In this document: positions 8,158 through 17,404 of the stretch, piece by piece
Layout: each line of letters starts with the position of its first letter
How positions within the stretch are numbered: the stretch's first letter is position 1
Source of the DNA: Escherichia phage Ebrios
Sequence record: MG966531
Length of the DNA: 39,752 nucleotides
Direction: 5' to 3' (one strand)
Program-made: the position numbers and the translations under genes
The notes under the pieces: model-generated
Told to the model about the DNA's origin: nothing
Seen by the model: the letters and a program-made list of their open reading frames with translations, nothing else
Databases searched by the model: none

Positions 8158-8162
8158 CCATT

Positions 8163-8199
8163 GGCCTGCACCTCCTGAGGGTGTGGGCCTTTGTAGTTT
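8163..8199 (+). terminator. Early intrinsic terminator (TE-like) for host RNAP
   Basis: GGCCTGCACC/GGTGTGGGCC stem with 7-nt loop, then a T-rich tract TTTGTAGTTT; resembles the T7 TE hairpin CACCTTCGGGTGGGCCTTT. Confidence 0.6.
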
Positions 8200-8226
8200 C
8201 TACAAGACTCACTAAAGGAGGCCATT

Positions 8227-8478
8227 ATGCTGATGAACAACTACCTGACCAATCCGGCTCACCCGCTGAGCCCTCTGAATCCAATCAGCCCAATTAGCAT
8301 TTGGAATCAAGGATGCTCGCGAGAGGAGACCGTTGAGGTAGTCTCGCAACGCCAACACCGCGAGCTTGACCCTAAAGAGAAACTGGTACTGGGTGCTGGG
8401 TTCGGTGTCTGCCTTGCTCTGCTGCTGACCCTTGTGCTGGTTATGGTGTTCGGAGAGATTGGCCGACCGCGCCACTAA
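8227..8478 (+). CDS. Hypothetical small protein with C-terminal transmembrane helix (gene 1.4/1.5 position)
   Basis: 83 aa; RBS AAAGGAGG; Pro-rich N-terminus and hydrophobic stretch LVLGAGFGVCLALLLTLVLVMVFG. Not recognised. Confidence 0.55.
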   Translation: MLMNNYLTNPAHPLSPLNPISPISIWNQGCSREETVEVVSQRQHRELDPKEKLVLGAGFGVCLALLLTLVLVMVFGEIGRPRH

Positions 8479-8498
8479 TACGACTCACTAAAGGAGAC
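8476..8498 (+). promoter_or_regulatory. Phage promoter phi1.6-type (CACTAAAGGAG class II variant)
   Basis: TAATACGACTCACTAAAGGAGAC. Confidence 0.75.
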
Positions 8499-8502
8499 CA
8501 CT

Positions 8503-8769
8503 ATGAAATTCAAGCTGCATTACCATAAGCTGTTCAAGCACTTTACCGTTCGCCGCTCCGATACCCGAGCAATCGTGTTCACCACCGAGCGCCGCTTTGC
8601 CATTCCGCTGATTGGCCAGACTGTTGAGCTGGCCCCGAAGGTTCACGTAATCATCACCCGTGGCAAATTCCAAGAAGCAACCAACAAGACCCGTCCGGTT
8701 CTTAACGTGGCAGTGACCCGTTTCCCGTTCGTCAAGTTGCTGATTGAGCGCGTCAAGGAGGTGTTGTAA
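8503..8769 (+). CDS. 1.6: Gene 1.6 protein (unknown function)
   Basis: 88 aa, same length and position as T7 gp1.6; RBS AAAGGAGA. Confidence 0.65.
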   Translation: MKFKLHYHKLFKHFTVRRSDTRAIVFTTERRFAIPLIGQTVELAPKVHVIITRGKFQEATNKTRPVLNVAVTRFPFVKLLIERVKEVL

Positions 8770-9125
8770 TGGGACACTACGATTGCCATAAATGTGGAGA
8801 ATACCTGTGCCTTGGTGATTGCGATGTGCCTGTTGTAGTAAACGAGAAGGCCGTTGCTGTAGGGCCGAGCAAGCAAGCACCTAAGCAAATCGAAGGCGTC
8901 CAGAAGCCGTCCCACTATTACCTGTTCGATGACATCGAGGTCATTGAGGTAATCGCCCGTAGCATGACCCGCGAGCAATTCAAGGGCTATGTCCTTGGGA
9001 ACATCCTCAAGTACCGCCTGAGGGCAGGTAAGAAGGGCGAACTGGCCTACCTTGAGAAGGACATGGCGAAAGCCGAGTTCTATGAGACCCTTTACGAACA
9101 ACACAAAGGGAAATGCTATGCGTAA
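8769..9125 (+). CDS. 1.7: Gene 1.7 nucleoside-monophosphate (dGMP/dTMP) kinase, short form
   Basis: C-terminal half ...[73 protein letters not shown] matches T7 gp1.7; 118 aa versus about 196 in T7. Confidence 0.85.
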   Translation: MGHYDCHKCGEYLCLGDCDVPVVVNEKAVAVGPSKQAPKQIEGVQKPSHYYLFDDIEVIEVIARSMTREQFKGYVLGNILKYRLRAGKKGELAYLEKDMAKAEFYETLYEQHKGKCYA

Positions 9126-9309
9126 CCAACGCCAAGCCCCAACCTACCGTAATGCGTCAGACGACAAGGACTTTCCGTCCAGCCCACATCATAACCTGTG
9201 CTCCGATTGGTGCCATAGGCAGTGGGAGTCTGCCCTGAATCAGGGAGACCATCGAGCCGCTGACGCCTACATGAAGATGTACGAAATGTGGAAAGCGAGG
9301 AACCAATAA
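9118..9309 (+). CDS. 1.8: Gene 1.8 protein
   Basis: [16 protein letters not shown]...[10 protein letters not shown]...[13 protein letters not shown] resembles T7 gp1.8; start overlaps the 1.7 stop. Confidence 0.7.
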   Translation: MRNQRQAPTYRNASDDKDFPSSPHHNLCSDWCHRQWESALNQGDHRAADAYMKMYEMWKARNQ

Positions 9310-9530
9310 TGACTACTCTGTATGATACAACTACCAACAATAACATGGACAAAGGGTCTGCCGTGGTGGAAAACCGGAAGTTCTGGGCCACCGTCCAGAC
9401 CGCTGAGCACTCCTACGAAATGCCCATTTACGCTGTGAGCCTTGAAGAGGCCACCGAGCTGGCTGAGCGTCAATACGTTCCGGCAGGCTTTGAGGTAATC
9501 CGAGTGCGTCCCTGCCGACTGCCGCGTTAA
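9309..9530 (+). CDS. 2: Gene 2, inhibitor of host RNA polymerase
   Basis: ...[42 protein letters not shown] as in T7 gp2. Confidence 0.9.
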   Translation: MTTLYDTTTNNNMDKGSAVVENRKFWATVQTAEHSYEMPIYAVSLEEATELAERQYVPAGFEVIRVRPCRLPR

Positions 9531-9550
9531 TACGACTCACTATTGGGGAC
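9528..9550 (+). promoter_or_regulatory. Phage promoter phi2.5
   Basis: TAATACGACTCACTATTGGGGAC. Confidence 0.75.
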
Positions 9551-9593
9551 ACACCCCGCATCAACATTAACAAGCACTTTAGGAGACTCATTT

Positions 9594-10286
9594 ATGGCTA
9601 AGAAGATTTTCACTTCCGCTCTGGGAACCGCTGAACCTTACGCTTATCTGGCTAAGCCCGACTACGGCAACGAGGAGCGTGGTTTCGGCAACCCTCGTGG
9701 TGTCTACAAGGTTGACCTGACTATTCCCAACAAAGACCCGCGCTGCCAGCGTATGGTCGATGAAATCGTGAAGTGCCACGAGGAGGCTTACGCTGCTGCC
9801 GTTGAGGAATACGAAGCCAACCCGCCTGCTGTTGCCCGTGGCAAGAAACCGTTGCAACCCTACGAGGGCGACATGCCGTTCTTCGATAATGGTGACGGTA
9901 CGACTACCTTTAAGTTTAAATGCTATGCGTCTTTCCAAGACAAGAAGACCAAAGAGACCAAGCACATCAATCTGGTTGTGGTTGACTCCAAAGGTAAGAA
10001 GATGGAAGAAGTGCCGATTATCGGTGGCGGTTCCAAGCTGAAAGTCAAATACTCTCTGGTTCCCTACAAGTGGAACACTGCGGTAGGCGCGAGCGTCAAA
10101 CTGCAACTGGAATCCGTTATGCTGGTCGAACTGGCTACCTTCGGTGGTGGCGAGGATGACTGGGCAGACGAGGTGGAAGAAGGCGGTTACGTTGCCTCTG
10201 GCTCTGCACGAAGCAAGCCACGCGACGAAGAAGACTGGTCTGAGGACACCGAAGAAGAGTCTGCTGGTGACGACGAGGACTTCTAA
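9594..10286 (+). CDS. 2.5: Gene 2.5 single-stranded DNA-binding protein
   Basis: MAKKIFTSALGTAEPYAYLAKPDYGNEERGF... with acidic C-terminal tail ...EESAGDDEDF, as in T7 gp2.5. Confidence 0.95.
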   Translation: MAKKIFTSALGTAEPYAYLAKPDYGNEERGFGNPRGVYKVDLTIPNKDPRCQRMVDEIVKCHEEAYAAAVEEYEANPPAVARGKKPLQPYEGDMPFFDNGDGTTTFKFKCYASFQDKKTKETKHINLVVVDSKGKKMEEVPIIGGGSKLKVKYSLVPYKWNTAVGASVKLQLESVMLVELATFGGGEDDWADEVEEGGYVASGSARSKPRDEEDWSEDTEEESAGDDEDF

Positions 10287-10742
10287 ATGGCTGGCGCATA
10301 CGCTGCGCGTGGTATCCGAAAGGTCGGGGCATTCCGCTCCGGCCTTGAAGATAATGTCTCTAAGCAGCTAGAGATTAAAGGAGTGAAGTTTGACTACGAG
10401 TTGTGGAAGATTCCCTACGTAGTCCCTGCAAGCAATCATTGGTATACACCAGACTTCCTGCTGCCTAACGGAATCTTCATTGAAACCAAGGGCCTATGGG
10501 AGAGTGACGACCGAAAGAAACACTTATTGATTCGTGAACAGTTTCCCGAACTGGACATCCGTCTAGTGTTCTCAAGCTCTCGCACGAAGCTATACAAAGG
10601 GTCTCCGACCAGTTACGGTGAGTGGTGCGAGAAGCACGGTATCCTGTTTGCTGACAAATTAATTCCTGTAGAATGGCTCAAAGAACCCAAAAAGGAGGTG
10701 CCATTTGACAAGCTGAAACAATCGAAGGGAGGAAAGAAGTAA
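10287..10742 (+). CDS. 3: Gene 3 endonuclease I (Holliday-junction resolvase)
   Basis: MAG..A.GIRKVGAFRSGLED.VSKQLE.KG.KF.YE.WK.PYV.PASNH.YTPDFLLPNGIF.ETKGLWESDDRKKHLLIREQ as in T7 gp3. Confidence 0.95.
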   Translation: MAGAYAARGIRKVGAFRSGLEDNVSKQLEIKGVKFDYELWKIPYVVPASNHWYTPDFLLPNGIFIETKGLWESDDRKKHLLIREQFPELDIRLVFSSSRTKLYKGSPTSYGEWCEKHGILFADKLIPVEWLKEPKKEVPFDKLKQSKGGKK

Positions 10743-11197
10743 TGTCACGAGTACAATTCAAACAGAGGGAGGCGACTAACGCCATTTTCGTACACTGCTC
10801 TGCAACCAAGGCAACTCAGGACGTTGGTGTCCGTGAGATTCGCCAGTGGCACAAGGAGCAGGGCTGGCTTGACGTAGGCTACCACTTCATCATTCGCCGT
10901 GATGGTACTGTTGAAGATGGTCGAGACGTTAACGCCGTGGGCTCTCACGCCCGTGGTCACAACCACAACTCCGTAGGCGTGTGCCTTGTTGGAGGCATTG
11001 ACGAGAAGGGTCGGCACGAAGCCAACTTCACCCCTCAACAGATGTCTTCCCTGCGCACTCTGCTGGAAGTCCTGATGGACAAGTACCCGAGCGCGGTACT
11101 GAAAGCTCACCATGATGTTGCACCGAAGGCTTGCCCTTCGTTCGACCTGCAACGCTGGTGGAAGCACAATGAGCTGGTCACTTCTGACCGAGGCTAA
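10742..11197 (+). CDS. 3.5: Gene 3.5 lysozyme (N-acetylmuramoyl-L-alanine amidase; RNAP inhibitor)
   Basis: M.RVQFKQRE...AIFVHCSATK...VGVREIRQWHKEQGWLDVGYHFII.RDGTVE...APKACPSFDL.RWW..NELVTSDRG as in T7 gp3.5. Confidence 0.95.
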   Translation: MSRVQFKQREATNAIFVHCSATKATQDVGVREIRQWHKEQGWLDVGYHFIIRRDGTVEDGRDVNAVGSHARGHNHNSVGVCLVGGIDEKGRHEANFTPQQMSSLRTLLEVLMDKYPSAVLKAHHDVAPKACPSFDLQRWWKHNELVTSDRG

Positions 11198-11217
11198 TAC
11201 GACTCACTAAAGGGAGA
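11195..11217 (+). promoter_or_regulatory. Phage promoter phi3.8
   Basis: TAATACGACTCACTAAAGGGAGA; the transcript start could form the hairpin gggagagcgtaatgttctccc. Confidence 0.8.
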
Positions 11218-11255
11218 GCGTAATGTTCTCCCTCATTCAACTAAAGGAGGAAGCT

Positions 11256-13435
<2,180 letters not shown>

Positions 13436-13473
13436 TGGGATAACCCACACACCAACCAAGAAGGAAACACACT

Positions 13474-13692
13474 ATGAGCACTATGAACATCATCAAAGGT
13501 TTTGGTCGCATGGTCGTTCGCATGTATAACCGCGAGGCTGCCCGCCTGAACAAGGTTGCCCGTGCGGAAGCCACTCTGGCCCGTGAGCTGGCCGAGCGTT
13601 CCAACAAGCTGAGTGTAAGCTCTATGAAGAACATCGACGAGGCCGCTAAGGTAGCCTCTCAGGCCCAAGAGCTGTCCAAGTTCTTCGCTTAA
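13474..13692 (+). CDS. 4.3: Gene 4.3 protein (by position)
   Basis: 72-aa ORF with RBS AAGAAGGA, between gene 4 and 4.5. Confidence 0.6.
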   Translation: MSTMNIIKGFGRMVVRMYNREAARLNKVARAEATLARELAERSNKLSVSSMKNIDEAAKVASQAQELSKFFA

Positions 13693-13735
13693 TCCTACAG
13701 ATACCAACCTGACAACCACAAGAGGAGAGTTCACT

Positions 13736-14008
13736 ATGAGCAAGGTATCCCAAACTATCGCCCTGTCCGACACCATCGACCAGTGGGGCCGCAAGGTTCA
13801 CATCAACGTTCGCAACGGTAAGGCCACTATGGTCTACCGCTGGAAGGACACCAAGTCCAACAAGAAGCATACCCAGCGCATGACTCTGAATGACGAGCAA
13901 GCGTTCCGTCTGCTGAAAGCACTGACTGGTGCTGTTGTCCACGCGGTTGAGACCAGTGGTCGCCAAGAGCAGGCTATGGAGATTCTGAACCGAATAGAGG
14001 CTGAGTGA
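13736..14008 (+). CDS. 4.5: Gene 4.5 protein (by position and size)
   Basis: 90 aa (T7 gp4.5 is about 89 aa); RBS AGAGGAGAG. Confidence 0.65.
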   Translation: MSKVSQTIALSDTIDQWGRKVHINVRNGKATMVYRWKDTKSNKKHTQRMTLNDEQAFRLLKALTGAVVHAVETSGRQEQAMEILNRIEAE

Positions 14009-14010
14009 TA

Positions 14011-14050
14011 GGCTTAAGGTCGTTCCTTCGATGGAGCGACCTTTGTGACT
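14011..14050 (+). promoter_or_regulatory. RNase III processing hairpin (R4.7-like)
   Basis: ggcttaaggtcgttccttcgatggagcgacctttgtg. Confidence 0.5.
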
Positions 14051-14051
14051 G

Positions 14052-14074
14052 TTATTCGACTCACTAATGGAGGT
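14052..14074 (+). promoter_or_regulatory. Degenerate phage promoter (phi4.7 position)
   Basis: TTATTCGACTCACTAATGGAGGT: core GACTCACTA retained, upstream TAATAC altered to TTATTC. Confidence 0.4.
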
Positions 14075-14081
14075 AGACACT

Positions 14082-14510
14082 ATGCGTAGCCAATTCGTAA
14101 TCGAAGCCGAGATTGCCAAACTGCAAGCTGAACTAGAAGACGTTAAGGCCCACGAATCGAAAGTCATTGCGGCTGCCCACATCCTGACCAACCTTGGCTG
14201 GACTTGGACTCGCAAAGACGGCTGGAAGAAACCGGTAGCTCCGATTAAGCCTACCGTGTTCGACAAGGACACCATGACCCACATCAAGAAGGGCGACTTC
14301 TGCCTGTACGCTAAGGGAACAGTTCTGGAAGGCTTTGTGCTTGTCCGTGAAGTGAACGGTGCCGAATGCACTGTATCCTATGTGTCCAGTATCGCAGAGT
14401 TCAACCGTCCGGTTGTCGCTACGTTGAAATTCCGTTGTCATGCAAACATGCTAAAGGTTGTCTCTAGCCAGACACTTGTTGACTGCATGAAGAACAACAT
14501 GGTTATTTAA
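14082..14510 (+). CDS. 4.7: Gene 4.7 protein
   Basis: 142 aa from the ATG at 14082 with RBS GGAGG; the ATG at 14067 lies inside the promoter core and has no RBS. Confidence 0.7.
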   Translation: MRSQFVIEAEIAKLQAELEDVKAHESKVIAAAHILTNLGWTWTRKDGWKKPVAPIKPTVFDKDTMTHIKKGDFCLYAKGTVLEGFVLVREVNGAECTVSYVSSIAEFNRPVVATLKFRCHANMLKVVSSQTLVDCMKNNMVI

Positions 14511-14529
14511 CCACATTTGGAGAATCACT

Positions 14530-16644
14530 ATGCTCGTTTCAGACATCGAAGCTGATGCACTCTTGGACAAAGTTACTAAGTTCCACTGTGGTGTAATCTA
14601 TGACTATCGCACAGACGAATACGTCAGTTACCGCCCTAAGGACTTCGCTGCGTACCTTGATGCGCTTGAAGCGGAGGTTGCACGAGGCGGGCTGATTGTG
14701 TTCCATAATGGTCACAAGTATGACGCTCCGGCTCTTGAGAAGCTGGCTAAGCTGGTGCTTGACCGTGAGTTCCACATCCCCAGAGAGAACTGCATCGACA
14801 CTCTCGTTATGTCTCGCCTGATTCACTCGAACCTCAAGGACACCGATATGGGCCTCCTGCGCTCCGGTAAACTGCCGGGCAAACGCTACGGTTCCCACGC
14901 TCTGGAAGCATGGGGCTACCGCTTAGGCGTAATGAAGGGTGAGTACAAGGACGACTTCAAGGCTGCTCTTGAGGAGCAAGGCGAGGAGTACGTTGAGGGC
15001 ATGGAGTGGCGCTCATTCAACGAGGACATGATGGCCTATAACGTTCAGGACGTTGTGGTCACTAAGGCACTCCTTGAGAAGCTGCTTTCCGACAAGCACT
15101 ACTTCAAGCCTGAGATTGACTTCACGGATGTCTCTGCGGATACCTTCTGGATGGAAGCTATTGAGGCGATTGACGTGGAGCACAGAGCCGCTTGGTTGCT
15201 CGCTAAGCAGGAGCGCAATGGCTACCCGTTCAACACCAAGGCTATCGAAGACCTGTACGTTGAGCTGGCCTCTCGCCGCTCTGAGCTGCTGATGCGCCTG
15301 ACTGATACCTTCGGCTCTTGGTATCAGCCAAAGGGCGGAACCGAAATGTTCCTACACCCGCGCACTGGTCAGCCGCTCCCGAAGTATCCGCGAGTGAAGA
15401 CCCCGAAGGTAGGTGGTATCTTCAAGAAGCCCAAGAACAAAGCCCAACGTGAAGGCCGTGAGCCCTGTGAGCTGGACACTCGGGACTTCGTTGCTGGTGC
15501 AGTTTACACTCCGGTGGAGCACGTAGTCTTCAACCCTTCGTCCCGTGACCACATCCAGAAGAAGCTCCAAGAGGCTGGCTGGGTTCCCGAGAAGTTCACC
15601 GATAAGGGTGCTCCGGTAGTGGACGACGAGGTGCTTGAAGGCGTTGTTGTGGATGACCCCGAGAAGCAAGCCGCTATAGACCTCATTAAGGAGTACCTGA
15701 TGATTCAGAAGCGAATCGGTCAGAGTGCTGAGGGCGACAAAGCGTGGCTGCGCTACGTTGCGGAGGACGGTAAGATTCATGGTAGTGTTAACCCGAACGG
15801 TGCGGTTACTGGCCGTGCCACTCACGCCTTCCCGAACCTTGCGCAAATACCTGGGGTTCGGTCTCCGTATGGCGAACAATGTCGTGCTGCATTCGGGGCT
15901 GAACACCATCTGGATTACGTCACTGGGGAACCTTGGGTTCAAGCTGGTATTGACGCATCTGGTCTGGAGCTGCGCTGCTTGGCCCACTTCATGGCTCGAT
16001 TCGACAACGGCGAGTATGCCCACGAGATTCTGAACGGCGACATTCACACCAAGAACCAGTTGGCTGCCGAGCTGCCGACCCGAGACAACGCCAAGACCTT
16101 CATCTATGGTTTCCTCTATGGGGCCGGAGACGAGAAGATTGGTCAGATTGTTGGTGCTGGTAAGGAACGCGGTAAGGAGCTCAAGAAGAAATTCCTTGAG
16201 AATACCCCTGCGATTGCTGCGCTCCGTGAGTCCATCCAATCGACTCTCGTTGAGAGTTCCCACTGGGTGGCTGGTGAGCAGCAAGTCAAGTGGAAGCGCC
16301 GCTGGATTAAGGGCATGGATGGTCGTAAGGTTCACGTCCGTAGCCCACACGCTGCGCTGAACACTGTGCTGCAATCCGCTGGTGCGCTTATCTGCAAACT
16401 GTGGATTATCAAGACCGAGGAAATGCTCATTGAGAAAGGCTACAAGCACGGCTGGGATGGAGACTTTGCGTATATGGCTTGGGTTCACGACGAAATCCAA
16501 GTGGCCTGCCGCACTGAGGAAATCGCCAAGGCAGTCATTGATACCGCCCAAGAGGCTATGCGCTGGGTAGGTGAGCATTGGAACTTCCGTTGCCTTCTGG
16601 ACACCGAAGGTAAGATTGGCCCGAACTGGGCTGTGTGCCACTAA
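14530..16644 (+). CDS. 5: Gene 5 DNA polymerase (family A, with 3'-5' exonuclease)
   Basis: 704 aa, same as T7 gp5; N-terminus M.VSDIEA.ALL..VTKFHCGVIYDY...EYVSYRP.DF.AYLDALEAEVARGGLIVFHNGHKYD matches. Confidence 0.98.
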   Translation: MLVSDIEADALLDKVTKFHCGVIYDYRTDEYVSYRPKDFAAYLDALEAEVARGGLIVFHNGHKYDAPALEKLAKLVLDREFHIPRENCIDTLVMSRLIHSNLKDTDMGLLRSGKLPGKRYGSHALEAWGYRLGVMKGEYKDDFKAALEEQGEEYVEGMEWRSFNEDMMAYNVQDVVVTKALLEKLLSDKHYFKPEIDFTDVSADTFWMEAIEAIDVEHRAAWLLAKQERNGYPFNTKAIEDLYVELASRRSELLMRLTDTFGSWYQPKGGTEMFLHPRTGQPLPKYPRVKTPKVGGIFKKPKNKAQREGREPCELDTRDFVAGAVYTPVEHVVFNPSSRDHIQKKLQEAGWVPEKFTDKGAPVVDDEVLEGVVVDDPEKQAAIDLIKEYLMIQKRIGQSAEGDKAWLRYVAEDGKIHGSVNPNGAVTGRATHAFPNLAQIPGVRSPYGEQCRAAFGAEHHLDYVTGEPWVQAGIDASGLELRCLAHFMARFDNGEYAHEILNGDIHTKNQLAAELPTRDNAKTFIYGFLYGAGDEKIGQIVGAGKERGKELKKKFLENTPAIAALRESIQSTLVESSHWVAGEQQVKWKRRWIKGMDGRKVHVRSPHAALNTVLQSAGALICKLWIIKTEEMLIEKGYKHGWDGDFAYMAWVHDEIQVACRTEEIAKAVIDTAQEAMRWVGEHWNFRCLLDTEGKIGPNWAVCH

Positions 16645-16664
16645 TACGACTCACTAAAGGAGGC
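16642..16664 (+). promoter_or_regulatory. Phage promoter upstream of gene 5.5 (class II CACTAAAGGAGG type)
   Basis: TAATACGACTCACTAAAGGAGGCC, overlapping the gene 5 stop; the same leader CACTAAAGGAGGCCATTATG recurs at 8210-8229. Confidence 0.75.
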
Positions 16665-16668
16665 CATT

Positions 16669-16971
16669 ATGGCTATGACCAAACGATACAAAGTAACCTT
16701 CGAGATTACCGCGAAGCTGACCACCAAGGATGTGGACGAGTTCACCAAGGGTCTTATTGAGACCTCCCGCAAAATCGTTGAAGGTAAACCCGTTAATCCA
16801 GAACTTCGTGCTTGCGTAATGGCTGCCCTTGAGGGAGGCGTTGAGGCCGCTGTTGAGTGCGCCTATCGCCGTGGTGTCCGTGAACTGATTCGCGATGCCT
16901 ACAACGAAATGTGCAGCGAGGAACGCGCAGCCACTAAGTTCTCACCAGCAACCGTGGAGGTGTTGAAATGA
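16669..16971 (+). CDS. 5.5: Gene 5.5 protein (H-NS-binding in T7)
   Basis: 100 aa starting MAMTKRYKVTFEITAKL, resembling my recollection of T7 gp5.5; RBS AAAGGAGG. Confidence 0.7.
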   Translation: MAMTKRYKVTFEITAKLTTKDVDEFTKGLIETSRKIVEGKPVNPELRACVMAALEGGVEAAVECAYRRGVRELIRDAYNEMCSEERAATKFSPATVEVLK

Positions 16972-17177
16972 GTGATTACATCAAGGTTCTTCAAGCAATC
17001 AAGGGCTGCCCTAAGTCCTTTCAGTCTAACTACGTGCGGAACAATGCGAGCCTCGTTGCTGAGGCCGCTTCCCGTGGGCACATTTCGTGCCTGACTACTG
17101 GTGGCCGCAACGCTGGGGTCTGGGAGATTACCGCATACGGTGTCCAATTCCTTGACGAAATGGGAGGTTGCGTATGA
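16968..17177 (+). CDS. 5.7: Gene 5.7 protein
   Basis: 69 aa, same length as T7 gp5.7; ATGA overlap with the 5.5 stop. Confidence 0.7.
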   Translation: MSDYIKVLQAIKGCPKSFQSNYVRNNASLVAEAASRGHISCLTTGGRNAGVWEITAYGVQFLDEMGGCV

Positions 17178-17404
17178 GCATCCGTAAGTGCTGGAATGAC
17201 GAGGTGGTCTCTATGACTGCCGAAGCGTGGAACGAGACCTTGAAGAACATCAAGGAACTCGAAGACCGCATTGAGGAGCTTGAGCAGATTTTGGCTGACC
17301 ACGAAGAAGACGTTGCGTTCCTAGATGCGCTGCGTTCTGCTGGCGTGGACAACTGGGACGGCTACGACGTTGCTTGCGAGATTCACAAAGGGGAGGGTTT
17401 CTGA
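17174..17404 (+). CDS. 5.9: Gene 5.9-like acidic protein (possible RecBCD inhibitor)
   Basis: 76 aa from ATG 17174 with RBS GGGAGG; acidic, WNDE... and ELEDRIEELEQ resemble T7 gp5.9, but longer than the 52-aa T7 protein. Confidence 0.6.
   Translation: MSIRKCWNDEVVSMTAEAWNETLKNIKELEDRIEELEQILADHEEDVAFLDALRSAGVDNWDGYDVACEIHKGEGF

Noticed and set aside
13646-14371. 241-aa minus-strand ORF spanning genes 4.5 and 4.7
   Set aside because: Antisense to two + strand genes with good RBSs; no minus-strand promoter.
15352-16641. 429-aa minus-strand ORF antisense to the DNA polymerase gene
   Set aside because: Same reasoning: mirror ORF of gene 5, with no expression signals.
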